Positions 37,997 through 47,563 of a DNA stretch of 64,000 nt are shown piece after piece. The first letter of the stretch is position 1. Each line of letters begins with the position of its first letter. The position numbers and the translations under genes are program-made. The notes under the pieces are model-generated. The model was not told the origin of the DNA. It saw only the letters and a list, made by a program, of their open reading frames with translations, and did no database searches. This DNA is from an uncultured Acetobacteraceae bacterium (GTDB lineage Bacteria; Acidobacteriota; Terriglobia; Terriglobales; Acidobacteriaceae), in NCBI GenBank assembly GCA_964658655.1, contig CAZZZL010000011.1:15774-79773 (forward strand), given 5' to 3'.

Positions 37997-38802
37997 GGTC
38001 CGACGTACTACTTTCTCTTCTCGAACAGGTGAAGTCCGGAGCCACTTCACCACACACCGCAGCAGAGCAGTTATCGCAGATATCTGTAGAGGACGCCGGC
38101 TTCGCCAAGATCGACCATCACCGGTCGCTGCGTATCGGTATGCCTGAGGTGATCTACGCAGCCGGTAAAACTCCGGAGCAGGTCGCCGAGATTTTTCTTC
38201 GCATGTCGCGCTCAGGCGAAAGTGTTCTGGCCACGCGAGCCTCTTCGGATGCGTGGCATGCGGTGCATCGAGCGGTACCCGAAGCTGTGTATCACACGAT
38301 GGCAAGGATCATCGGACTCAAGGGTAATGCAGCGCTGCCGCAAGCCCGTAAAATTGCCGTCGTCAGCGCCGGCACCAGCGATATGCCGGTTGCCGAAGAA
38401 GCCGCATTGACAGCGGAGTACATGGGCATAGACGTTGACCGGGTGTATGACGTCGGCGTAGCCGGTCTGCATAGAATCCTTGCGCAACAGAACCTGTTAC
38501 GAACTGCGAGTGCCGTGATCGTCTGCGCCGGTATGGAAGGCGCGCTGCCAAGCGTGGTCGGTGGGCTGGTCGGCGTCCCGGTCATCGCTGTTCCAACCAG
38601 TGTTGGCTATGGCGCTGCGTTTGGCGGAGTGGCTGCGCTGCTTGGCATGTTGAACTCCTGCTCCCCCAATGTGACAGTCGTCAATATCGATAACGGATTT
38701 GGTGCGGCCTACATCGCCACGATGATTGCCCGTGCGGGATGCGCATCCGAAGAACATGAAGCCCTAGATTCGCCGGAGATGATGCAGTCCATTGATTCTT
38801 GA
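37993..38802 (+). CDS. larB: LarB, pyridinium-3,5-biscarboxylic acid mononucleotide synthase (AIR-carboxylase-like)
   Basis: KIAVVSAGTSDMPVAEEAALTAEYMGI, AGMEGALPSVVGGLV..PVIAVPTSVGYG. ATGA overlap with larC. Confidence 0.9.
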   Translation: MRSDVLLSLLEQVKSGATSPHTAAEQLSQISVEDAGFAKIDHHRSLRIGMPEVIYAAGKTPEQVAEIFLRMSRSGESVLATRASSDAWHAVHRAVPEAVYHTMARIIGLKGNAALPQARKIAVVSAGTSDMPVAEEAALTAEYMGIDVDRVYDVGVAGLHRILAQQNLLRTASAVIVCAGMEGALPSVVGGLVGVPVIAVPTSVGYGAAFGGVAALLGMLNSCSPNVTVVNIDNGFGAAYIATMIARAGCASEEHEALDSPEMMQSIDS

Positions 38803-39382
38803 TCGGCTGAAACGAGAGACCTCCGAACTTCACCTGGCAACGGAAGCCGCCATGCCTTTTAATGATCCTACGTTTGACTTGACCGCATATCGCCGGCTAT
38901 TGCTGCGCACCTATGGATTTTTCGCCACGTGGGAAAATGCGGCTTCGCATGTAGAAGATCCAGCCATCAAGTCGCTGCTTCAGGATCGATCCCGTCTGAA
39001 GGACCTTCAATACGATCTTCAGTGGCTTGAAGAGCCACTACCAGGCGAAGTGTTGCCGATGGACCGTTTGCCGGACTTCAGCAGTCCGGCAAATCTGCTG
39101 GGCTCCATGTACGTCACCGAGGGATCGACCCTTGGAGGACAGGTGATTGCGCGAATGCTTGAAAGAAAGCTTGAGCTCGCACACGGTAATGGTAATTCTT
39201 TTTTTGTTGGACATGGCCCGGCGACCGGGAACCGCTGGAAAGCGTTCTGCCGATTTCTCGTCGACTGGTCCAGCGCTCATCCTGGCGCAGAAGACGCGAT
39301 GGTCCGCGCAGCGTGCAAGACTTTTGAAGCTTACAAATCCTGGGTCGGCAGCACCGTTAAACAGGGGGCCGCGCCGCTATGA
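38792..39382 (+). CDS. bphO: biliverdin-producing heme oxygenase (BphO-type)
   Basis: TTG start. LKRETSELHLATE carries the proximal His context. GSMYVTEGSTLGGQVI is the heme-oxygenase signature. It overlaps the larB end by 11 nt and the bphP start by ATGA. Confidence 0.8.
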   Translation: MILDRLKRETSELHLATEAAMPFNDPTFDLTAYRRLLLRTYGFFATWENAASHVEDPAIKSLLQDRSRLKDLQYDLQWLEEPLPGEVLPMDRLPDFSSPANLLGSMYVTEGSTLGGQVIARMLERKLELAHGNGNSFFVGHGPATGNRWKAFCRFLVDWSSAHPGAEDAMVRAACKTFEAYKSWVGSTVKQGAAPL

Positions 39383-41655
39383 GCGTAACGCAGGCCCAGT
39401 TGACTTCGTGTGACCGCGAACCAATTCATGTACCGGGGAGTATTCAGCCGCACGGGTTTCTTCTGGCGTTGGACTTAAACACTTTGAGTGTGCAGGCCGC
39501 CAGCGAAACAGCTGTAACGTATCTTGGCAAGCCCTTGTCTGAGATCATCGGTCGCACAGTCGGCGAATTGCTTGACGCCGATTTTCGTCGGCAGTTTGAA
39601 CAGCGCATTACGATCGTTAAGGAGACTTTTCAAGCGCGCTGGCTGTTCACCATGGCGCTGCCAGGCGTTTCGTGCGCGGATGAGTTTGAAGTGATTGCTC
39701 ACCTGACGAACGAGGAAGTTATTTTGGAATTCGAACGCATATCAGGATCATTTGATTTCCAATCGCTTGATGCCGAGCTCTACAAAATCATAGCGGACAC
39801 GCAGACGCTTGGATCTGCCGAGCAGATAGGCGAGCTCGCGGTGCGGGAGATTCGCCGCATTACCGGCTTCGATCGAACACTCATGTATCGTTTCGACGCG
39901 GATGGACACGGCACCACGATTGCCGAAGTCACGAATGAACGGTTGCCTTCCTATCTACATCTTCGCTTTCCGGCTTCTGACATTCCTGTTCAGGCGCGCC
40001 GTCTCTATGTCATGAACCGCATCAGGATCATCCCCGATGTGGACTACACACCATCGGTCATAGTTTCAGGTGAGGTGCCGGGCGATATGCCGGCGTCCAT
40101 CGATCTTTCGGGGTCTGTGCTGCGCAGTGTCTCGCCTGTCCATCGCGAATACATGCGGAATATGGGCACGCGCAGTTCGATGTCCATCTCAGTTGTGATA
40201 AACAACCAGTTGTGGGGCCTCATTTCCTGCCATCATGCCACCCCGAGGTTTGTCCCGTTTCGTTTACGCTCAGCTTGCGAATTCCTGGTGCAGATACTTT
40301 CCACGCAGCTCGCAGCGCAACTACGCGCGGCGGAATTATCAAAGACGATTCAACTTAAGAGCGTGCAGCAGAGGCTGCTGACGCATATGGCGGCGGAGGA
40401 GTCCTACATCGACGGGCTTGCAAGGTATCCGGATGACCTGCTGGAACTGACCGAAGCGAATGGCGCTGCGATCGTCGTCGGCGAGACATGCCGACTGATC
40501 GGGAGCACCCCTTCAAAGGATGAGGTGTTGTCGCTCGCAGCCTTCTTCGAAAAGCGAGGACATGATGACAGTTTTTCAACGGATCAGTCAGCCACGCTAT
40601 TGCCTGAAGCCGCAGCCTGGAATGCGAGCGCGAGCGGTGTGCTCGCCATTTTCATTTCCAAAATTCATCGTACGGTCGTCTTGTGGTTCCGGCCGGAGCT
40701 GGTCAAAACAGTGAAGTGGGCTGGGAATCCCGCCAAGCCGATGGAGGCAGAGGGCGACAACAAGATTCAGCCCAGGCACTCGTTCGCGGAGTGGTCCGAG
40801 AGCGTTCGCGGTCGCTCGGCACCGTGGTCGCAAGAGGTGCTTGCAGCGGCCGGCGAACTGCGTATGGCCATCCTCGAAGTGGTGCTTAAGCAGGCGGAAG
40901 AAATGGCCGACATGGCAAATAATCTCCGCTCGGCGAACCAGGAACTCGAAGCCTTTTCCTACTCGGTTTCACACGACCTCCGTGCTCCGTTCCGGCACAT
41001 CACGGGCTTCTCACAGCTGCTGCTCGAACTGGAAGCTGACAGCCTTTCGCCCACGGGGAAACGGTATGTCAATACAATCGTTGATTCGGCAAAGTTCGCC
41101 GGCCAGTTAGTCGATAGCCTGTTGAACTTTTCACGCATAGCCCGTTCAAGCATGACCCTGATGCCTGTAGATTTGCATTCGGTATTTGAGGAGCAGTGGC
41201 ACGATCTGATGAGCGTTGAGGGCGCCGGCCGATCCATCGAGTATGCGTTGGGGCAACTTCCGATAGTGCGCGGCGATCTTACCCTGCTGCGACAGGTTGC
41301 CCGGAATCTGCTTTCCAATGCGGTCAAATATACGCGAAACAGGCCGATCGCGCATGTCACCGTGTCCTCCGTAGTGAAAGGGCTGGAGCATGTCATCAGC
41401 ATCGCCGACGACGGAGCAGGCTTTGATCAGGCATACGAAGGAAAACTGTTCGGCGTCTTCCAGCGTTTACATCGTAGCGAAGACTTTGAGGGGACTGGTA
41501 TAGGGCTTGCGAATGTCCGTAGAATCATTTCGAGACATGGTGGCAGGACCTGGGCGACAGGCCAGGTAGGTGTGGGTGCAACATTCTTTTTCACGCTGCC
41601 GGCTACGGTCGTTGCGACCGATGAGCCCGACGCGCTGACCGAAGAAACGCCATGA
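39379..41655 (+). CDS. bphP: bacteriophytochrome histidine kinase (PAS-GAF-PHY-HisKA-HATPase)
   Basis: N-terminal TSCDREPIHVPGSIQPHGFLL, with the biliverdin-attachment Cys11 at 39409-39411. GAF: RSVSPVHREYMRNMG, WGLISCHH. H-box SYSVSHDLRAPFRHI. CA domain: NLLSNAVKY, DDGAGF, GTGIGLA. Confidence 0.9.
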   Translation: MSVTQAQLTSCDREPIHVPGSIQPHGFLLALDLNTLSVQAASETAVTYLGKPLSEIIGRTVGELLDADFRRQFEQRITIVKETFQARWLFTMALPGVSCADEFEVIAHLTNEEVILEFERISGSFDFQSLDAELYKIIADTQTLGSAEQIGELAVREIRRITGFDRTLMYRFDADGHGTTIAEVTNERLPSYLHLRFPASDIPVQARRLYVMNRIRIIPDVDYTPSVIVSGEVPGDMPASIDLSGSVLRSVSPVHREYMRNMGTRSSMSISVVINNQLWGLISCHHATPRFVPFRLRSACEFLVQILSTQLAAQLRAAELSKTIQLKSVQQRLLTHMAAEESYIDGLARYPDDLLELTEANGAAIVVGETCRLIGSTPSKDEVLSLAAFFEKRGHDDSFSTDQSATLLPEAAAWNASASGVLAIFISKIHRTVVLWFRPELVKTVKWAGNPAKPMEAEGDNKIQPRHSFAEWSESVRGRSAPWSQEVLAAAGELRMAILEVVLKQAEEMADMANNLRSANQELEAFSYSVSHDLRAPFRHITGFSQLLLELEADSLSPTGKRYVNTIVDSAKFAGQLVDSLLNFSRIARSSMTLMPVDLHSVFEEQWHDLMSVEGAGRSIEYALGQLPIVRGDLTLLRQVARNLLSNAVKYTRNRPIAHVTVSSVVKGLEHVISIADDGAGFDQAYEGKLFGVFQRLHRSEDFEGTGIGLANVRRIISRHGGRTWATGQVGVGATFFFTLPATVVATDEPDALTEETP

Positions 41656-41674
41656 GATCGACTGAGGAGAGTAC

Positions 41675-42136
41675 GTGTTAAAGCCCATATTGTTGGTCGA
41701 GGACAATCCACGCGACCTGGAATTAAGCCTGGCGGCGCTTGAGAAGAGCAAGCTCGCGAATGAAGTCATCGTGGCACGCGATGGGGAGGAAGCACGCGAT
41801 TATCTTTTCCGGAGAGGCGAGCATCACGATCGTTCCACCGGTCTGCCTGCAGTCGTATTGCTCGATCTGAAGCTGCCGAAAATCGATGGTCTGGAACTGC
41901 TCGCGATGATCCGTCAGGACGAAGCGCTGTCTAATCTGCCGGTCGTCATGCTGACATCGTCACGCGAAGAACGCGACGTCATCAGCAGCTACAAGTTGAA
42001 GGTCAACGCTTTTGTGGTGAAGCCGGTAGAGTTCAGTGAGTTTATACAAGCTATCCAGGACCTGGGCGTATTCTGGGCCGTTCTGAATGAGCCGCCGCCA
42101 GGCAGTCTGAGGGTCTTTCGCGATGGAAGTGTCTAG
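41675..42136 (+). CDS. single-domain CheY-like response regulator
   Basis: GAGGAG lies 5 nt before GTG 41675. ILLVEDNPRDLEL, VVLLDLKLPKIDG, VVMLTSS, NAFVVKP. Confidence 0.9.
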   Translation: MLKPILLVEDNPRDLELSLAALEKSKLANEVIVARDGEEARDYLFRRGEHHDRSTGLPAVVLLDLKLPKIDGLELLAMIRQDEALSNLPVVMLTSSREERDVISSYKLKVNAFVVKPVEFSEFIQAIQDLGVFWAVLNEPPPGSLRVFRDGSV

Positions 42137-43658
42137 GCCCGCGCAGTCTACAGGCGGTCGCAATGTCGACCTGTTAATCCTCGAAGACAACGCGATGGAT
42201 GTCGAGCTCGCACTTGCCCATCTTGGAAAGGCGGGCTTCGGAGTCAATGCTTTTGTTGCTACGACCCGGCAGGAGTTTGTTGATCTTCTTGAGGCCCGTA
42301 ATTATGACCTGATCCTTTCTGACTATGCTCTCCCTGACTTCGATGGCGCGACTGCGCTGCGCATGGCGAAGTCACGTTTTCCCCGCGTGCCAGTCATCGT
42401 TGTTTCTGGACGCCTCGGAGAAGAGATCGCTATCGATACGCTGCACCTCGGAGCGACCGACTATGTTTTGAAGCAGCGCATTGAACGCCTGGTTCCTGCA
42501 GTTAAGCGAGCGCTTGCCGAGGCAGATGAACATGCCACACGGCTCCGCGCCGAGGCGCGTGCACGCGAGAGCGAGGACCGCTTTCAACAGCTCACCAATA
42601 ACCTGCCGCAGATGGTCTGGACCACGGATAACTACGGCAACATCACTTACGCAAACGATGCGTGGCAGCGCGCTATCCCGGCAAACATCAAGCACTGGCG
42701 TGATCCATCCATCCTGCACCCCGATGATCTGAACCGCTGCGTTGAGGCTGCCAAAGTGGCCGGCCGCACCCGTCAGCCCTTTTCAATAGAGTGCCGGTAC
42801 CTGCACCAGGGCGACGGTATCTATCACTGGAGCCTGCTGAGGGCGGTTCCCTTTGACAGCTCTGAAGGCACACCTGCATGGCTGGGTACGGCTACCGATC
42901 TGCATGAACAGAAGCTGCGTGAAGAGTCCTTCCGCACCGCGGAGAAACTCGCCGTCACCGGGCGAATGGCAGCGTCGATTGCGCATGAGATCAACAATCC
43001 GCTTGAATCGCTCATGAACCTGGTTTTTCTTTTGCAGGCAGATCAGCAGATAGCCGGCAATGCTCGCAAGTATCTGGATATGGCTGAGCAGGAACTGGAG
43101 CGCGTTTCGCTCATCGTCAAGAAGACGCTGCAGTTTTATCGCGAACCCGAGACGGTTTCCCAGGTCGATGCCCTCGAGTTATTTGAAGGCGTGATCCACA
43201 TGTTCCAGGGTCGACTGAGTGGCAAGAAGATTCAGATCGAGGCAATCGTACCTGATAAAGTTACGTTTACAGCAGTGTCCGGTGAAATTCGACAGGTCAT
43301 TGTGAATCTTGTAGCGAATTCGATTGACGCTGTCGAAACCGAGGGTCGCATCGAACTCCATGCGCGGACATATCTGCAGGAAACCTTCGAGGGCCAGGGC
43401 CGGCGTGCGATGGCTGAGTTGACGGTGACTGACAACGGCATCGGCATTACCCATGAACAGGCGGAACAACTTTTTCAACCCTTCGTTTCAACCAAGGGCG
43501 CGCACGGAACGGGTCTTGGCCTATGGGTATCGCGGGGCCTGGTTGAGAAAAACGGTGGAACACTCCAGCTTGAAACTCGCCGACAGGATGGCGCCTCGAC
43601 GACAGTCGCCACCACCCTTCTGCCGGTGGAAGCTATCGAAGCTGGCGGCGATACTTAG
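42123..43658 (+). CDS. receiver-PAS-histidine kinase hybrid
   Basis: REC: LILEDNAMDVEL, LILSDYALPDFDG. PAS: QMVWTTDNYGNITYAN. H-box ASIAHEINNPL. CA domain: VNLVANSIDA, DNGIGI, GTGLGLWV. It overlaps the RR gene by 14 nt. Confidence 0.85.
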   Translation: MEVSRPAQSTGGRNVDLLILEDNAMDVELALAHLGKAGFGVNAFVATTRQEFVDLLEARNYDLILSDYALPDFDGATALRMAKSRFPRVPVIVVSGRLGEEIAIDTLHLGATDYVLKQRIERLVPAVKRALAEADEHATRLRAEARARESEDRFQQLTNNLPQMVWTTDNYGNITYANDAWQRAIPANIKHWRDPSILHPDDLNRCVEAAKVAGRTRQPFSIECRYLHQGDGIYHWSLLRAVPFDSSEGTPAWLGTATDLHEQKLREESFRTAEKLAVTGRMAASIAHEINNPLESLMNLVFLLQADQQIAGNARKYLDMAEQELERVSLIVKKTLQFYREPETVSQVDALELFEGVIHMFQGRLSGKKIQIEAIVPDKVTFTAVSGEIRQVIVNLVANSIDAVETEGRIELHARTYLQETFEGQGRRAMAELTVTDNGIGITHEQAEQLFQPFVSTKGAHGTGLGLWVSRGLVEKNGGTLQLETRRQDGASTTVATTLLPVEAIEAGGDT

Positions 43659-43813
43659 CCGCTTGTGACCTTGAGGAAGGTGCGGCCGCGATATTCCGAA
43701 CATGCCTACGCACTTCCTGTGGCATGGTGTATCGTCGTCGAATGTTTGACACAGTAAGCCTGTTGAATTGAATGTTTAATTACACTTTTTAGTTTGAAGG
43801 GAAGATTCTGGAC

Positions 43814-45757
43814 ATGCGGTTGATCAGGCAGGGCGCGATATTCATCGTGCCCGCAACACTTTGCTTTCTTGCCGCGTTATCGGGCATCGCCCAGGATCCC
43901 GCACAGCCCCCGGCTGAAGACTACGTCAAGGCACACTACACAAAGTATGAATACAGGATCCCGATGCGTGACGGGGTCAAGCTGTTTACGTCCGTCTACG
44001 TGCCGAAAGACATGTCGATCACCTATCCGATCATGATGGATCGCACGCCCTATTCTGTCGCCCCGTATGGTGAAGATCAGTACAAGAAGAGCCTTGGCCC
44101 GTCGGACGAATTTGAGAAGGCCGGTTACATCTTTGTCTACCAGGATGTACGCGGCCGATACGAGTCGGAAGGCGAGTTTATCGAGATGCGTCCGCACATC
44201 GATAACAAGTCTTCCTCGAAGGATGTCGACGACGCCTCAGACATGTATGACTCGGTTGAATATCTTCTGAAGCATTTGCCGGATAACAATGGGAAGGTCG
44301 GCATCTGGGGCATTTCCTACCCCGGTTTTTACACCTCCGCGAGCATCATCGATTCGCATCCAGCCATCAAGGCAGCCAGTCCCCAGGCGCCGATGACAAA
44401 TCTTTTTATGGGCGATGATGCTTATCATGGTGGCGCATTCATGCTCGCGGCCAACTTTGGCTTCTACGCAAATTTCCTTCCGCAGAAGAATCCCATCAGC
44501 GCAGTCGATGCTGAAAAGGTGATCCCGTTCGATGCCGGGACACCGGACGACTACGAGTTTTATCTCAAGGCTGGCGCGACTGAAAACCTGGCCACCCACT
44601 ATCTCAAGAATGGGAACTGGCTCTTCAATGACCAGCTCCATCACACCACGTACGACGATTACTGGAAGGCCCGCAACCTTGCCCCGCATATGAAGAATGT
44701 TCACTGCGCCGTGATGGTTGTCGGTGGCTGGTATGACGCTGAGGATCTTTCCGGCCCGTGGAGAACCTGGGAATCCATCGGCAAATTAAACCCTGGAACA
44801 GTGGACACCATTGTCGAGGGGCCGTGGGTGCATGGCGGCTGGGCGCGCTCTGACGGCGATCACCTAGGCGACGCAACCTTCAATGCGAAGACGGGTGAGT
44901 ATTTTCGGAAGAACATCCAGTTTCCGTTTTTCGAGTATTACCTCAAAGGCAAGGGTGACGCGCTGCCGAAAGCTTATATGTTTGAGACCGGCACAAATGT
45001 GTGGCGTAAATACGACGCGTGGCCGCCGAAGAACGCCGCGACAAAGACGCTTTATTTTCATGCAGACGGCAAGCTCTCCTTCGAGCCGCCGACCGCTGCA
45101 GAAGCTTCGGCGAGCAGGTTCGATGCATATGTAAGTGACCCTGCTCACCCAGTGCCCTTCGTCGATTACACGACGGACACTGTTCCGCAGCGCTACATGG
45201 TCGATGACCAGCGTTTCGCTTCGCGACGTCCGGATGTGCTGGTGTATGAAACCGAACCGCTCGAGGAAGACGTGACCATAGCTGGTCCTATCACGCCGAA
45301 GCTAAAGATTGCATCGAGCTCGACTGACGCGGATTTTGTCGTGAAGCTGATCGACGTTTATCCGAACGATTATCCGGATGCACCCGAAACCTCGACCGGC
45401 AATAAGCGGATACTGAGTGCTCCTCCGCTGCATATGGGCGGCTATCAGCAATTGCTGCGCGGCGAACCCATGCGTGCAAAGTTTCGCGAAAGTTGGGAGA
45501 AGCCTTCAGCCTTGAAGCCTGGCGAGACGACCGAGGTCGACTTCAGCATGCCTGACCTCGACCACACTTTCCGGCAGGGCCATCGCATCATGGTGCAGGT
45601 GCAGAGCTCCTGGTTTCCGCTCGTCGATCGAAACCCACAGACTTTTGTCGATATCCCGCATGCCCTCCCGAAAGATTTTGTAAAGGCTACAGAACAGATC
45701 TATCGCGCACCAGATGCGGCTTCCGGCGTGGACGTGATGGTCGTGCCGCAGCCGTAG
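43814..45757 (+). CDS. CocE/NonD-family (S15 X-Pro dipeptidyl-peptidase-like) secreted hydrolase
   Basis: Signal peptide. IPMRDGVKLFTSVYVP, MDRTPY, YIFVYQDVRGRYESEG, GIWGISYPG (nucleophile elbow GxSYxG). C-terminal jelly-roll domain. Confidence 0.85.
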   Translation: MRLIRQGAIFIVPATLCFLAALSGIAQDPAQPPAEDYVKAHYTKYEYRIPMRDGVKLFTSVYVPKDMSITYPIMMDRTPYSVAPYGEDQYKKSLGPSDEFEKAGYIFVYQDVRGRYESEGEFIEMRPHIDNKSSSKDVDDASDMYDSVEYLLKHLPDNNGKVGIWGISYPGFYTSASIIDSHPAIKAASPQAPMTNLFMGDDAYHGGAFMLAANFGFYANFLPQKNPISAVDAEKVIPFDAGTPDDYEFYLKAGATENLATHYLKNGNWLFNDQLHHTTYDDYWKARNLAPHMKNVHCAVMVVGGWYDAEDLSGPWRTWESIGKLNPGTVDTIVEGPWVHGGWARSDGDHLGDATFNAKTGEYFRKNIQFPFFEYYLKGKGDALPKAYMFETGTNVWRKYDAWPPKNAATKTLYFHADGKLSFEPPTAAEASASRFDAYVSDPAHPVPFVDYTTDTVPQRYMVDDQRFASRRPDVLVYETEPLEEDVTIAGPITPKLKIASSSTDADFVVKLIDVYPNDYPDAPETSTGNKRILSAPPLHMGGYQQLLRGEPMRAKFRESWEKPSALKPGETTEVDFSMPDLDHTFRQGHRIMVQVQSSWFPLVDRNPQTFVDIPHALPKDFVKATEQIYRAPDAASGVDVMVVPQP

Positions 45758-45846
45758 CCGGGCCCGCCCCGAAAGGCGTCTGCCACAAAATGCGCATGGT
45801 GCCGTACTATAAACGGTTGCCATTCTATTTGGGCGGCAGGCGACGC

Positions 45847-46668
45847 ATGAAGACGCTGAACGAAGGAAGTATACACTTGCAGCAAAAGTCACAACGAGCG
45901 TGCAGTGCGTTTGGCCTCACAGACAGGGGCCGCGTCCGCAGCGGAAACGAAGACTCATTTTTGTGCCACGAAGACGAAGGCATCTTCGTTGTGTGCGACG
46001 GCATGGGCGGGGCTGCTGCGGGAGAGATCGCGAGCCGCCTGGCCTCGGAAAACGCACACGCCGCCCTGCTTGAATCGGGCGACGAGTCAGACGACGCGAC
46101 GCGCGACCAGTCCGGGAGCACAATTTCCAGTGCCGACACGCGCTTCTCGGAAGAGGACATGCGCTCCGCCGTGGCCGCTGCCAACTCTGCTGTCTTCAGC
46201 CGTGCCGGCAGTGACCGTCGTCTGGAGGGCATGGGTACTACCCTCGTGATGCTTGCCTTGACCGACAATCGCGCCATGATCGCGCATGTAGGAGACAGTC
46301 GCTGTTACCTGTTACGAGGTGGAAGGCTGCAGCGTCTAACAGCTGACCACTCGCTGGTTGAAGAGCAAGTGCGACTCGGGCAGATTACGCGCAGGCAGGC
46401 AGAGCGTTCTGCACTCCAGCACGTCATCACTCGGGCCATTGGCACCGCCGCCGACGTCATGCCTGATGTCCTCGCGACGGATGCGCTTCCCGGCGACATT
46501 TTTCTGCTGGCGTCCGACGGTCTCACCAAGGAATTGAAAGAAGAGGAAGTAGCCGCGCTGCTCGGTCGCAGCGCGTCAGAGCAGTCATTAGCGCAGGGTC
46601 TGGTGCAGGCCGCAAACCTTGCCGGTGGTCGCGACAATATCACTTGTATCGTCGTGCGGGTGCTGTGA
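45847..46668 (+). CDS. PP2C-family Ser/Thr protein phosphatase
   Basis: GLTDRGRVRSGNEDSF, FVVCDGMGGAAAGEIAS, GMGTTLV, HVGDSRCYL, LLASDGL, GGRDNITCIVV. Confidence 0.85.
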   Translation: MKTLNEGSIHLQQKSQRACSAFGLTDRGRVRSGNEDSFLCHEDEGIFVVCDGMGGAAAGEIASRLASENAHAALLESGDESDDATRDQSGSTISSADTRFSEEDMRSAVAAANSAVFSRAGSDRRLEGMGTTLVMLALTDNRAMIAHVGDSRCYLLRGGRLQRLTADHSLVEEQVRLGQITRRQAERSALQHVITRAIGTAADVMPDVLATDALPGDIFLLASDGLTKELKEEEVAALLGRSASEQSLAQGLVQAANLAGGRDNITCIVVRVL

Positions 46669-47516
46669 TGGCAATTGAAAAGATTGGTGTGATCGGCGCC
46701 GGAACCATGGGTAATGGCATCGCGCATGTCTTTGCAAAAAGCGGCTTCACCGTTGTGCTCTGCGAGGTGAATGACCAGGCGCTCGAGCGGGGGCTCGCGT
46801 CAATCCGCACCAACCTGGAGCGTGAAGTTGCCAAAGGCAAACTGACAGAGATCGGACGGACCGACGCACTCGCGCGCATTCACGGAGTGCTCAAGCGCAC
46901 GGCACTCGCCGAGTGTGAGTTAATCGTCGAGGCTGCTACCGAGCGCTTTGAAATCAAGCGTGAGATTTTCCGCGAACTTGATTCCATCACCCCGCCTGAA
47001 ACGATCCTGGCTTCGAATACCTCTTCGCTTTCCATCACGCGGCTGGCGGCGCAGACCAGTCGCCCCGACCATGTGATCGGCATGCATTTCTTCAACCCGG
47101 TCCCGGTCATGACATTGGTGGAAGTCATTCGCGGGTTGCAGACATCACAGGAGACGTTCGACCGCGTGAAGTCTCTCGCTGAACGCCTCGGCAAAGTACC
47201 GGTCGAGGTCAATGATGCTGCCGGCTTTGTCTCCAACCGCGTGCTGATGCCGATGCTGAACGAGGCCATGTTTGCAGTGATGGAAGGTGTCGCAACCGCC
47301 GAGGCGGTGGACCAGGTCTTCCGGCTGGGTATGGCGCACCCGATGGGGCCTCTCACGCTGGCCGATTTCATCGGTCTCGACGTCTGCCTCGACATCATGC
47401 GCGTGCTCGAAGAGGGAATCGGCGATCCCAAGTATCGTCCCTGTCCGCTGCTCATCCGCATGGTGGATGCGGGCTGGCTGGGGCGAAAATCCGGCCGCGG
47501 TTTCTATACCTACTAG
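46668..47516 (+). CDS. hbd: 3-hydroxybutyryl-CoA (3-hydroxyacyl-CoA) dehydrogenase
   Basis: KIGVIGAGTMGNGIAHVFA, ASNTSSLSIT, HFFNPVPVMTLVEV, GFVSNRVL, PMGPLTLADFIGLD. ATG 46668 shares one base with the PP2C stop (TGATG). Confidence 0.9.
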   Translation: MAIEKIGVIGAGTMGNGIAHVFAKSGFTVVLCEVNDQALERGLASIRTNLEREVAKGKLTEIGRTDALARIHGVLKRTALAECELIVEAATERFEIKREIFRELDSITPPETILASNTSSLSITRLAAQTSRPDHVIGMHFFNPVPVMTLVEVIRGLQTSQETFDRVKSLAERLGKVPVEVNDAAGFVSNRVLMPMLNEAMFAVMEGVATAEAVDQVFRLGMAHPMGPLTLADFIGLDVCLDIMRVLEEGIGDPKYRPCPLLIRMVDAGWLGRKSGRGFYTY

Positions 47517-47563
47517 CTAACTTTTTGCGGGATGAAATGTGCGGTCGGTCTTACCATGAGTCC

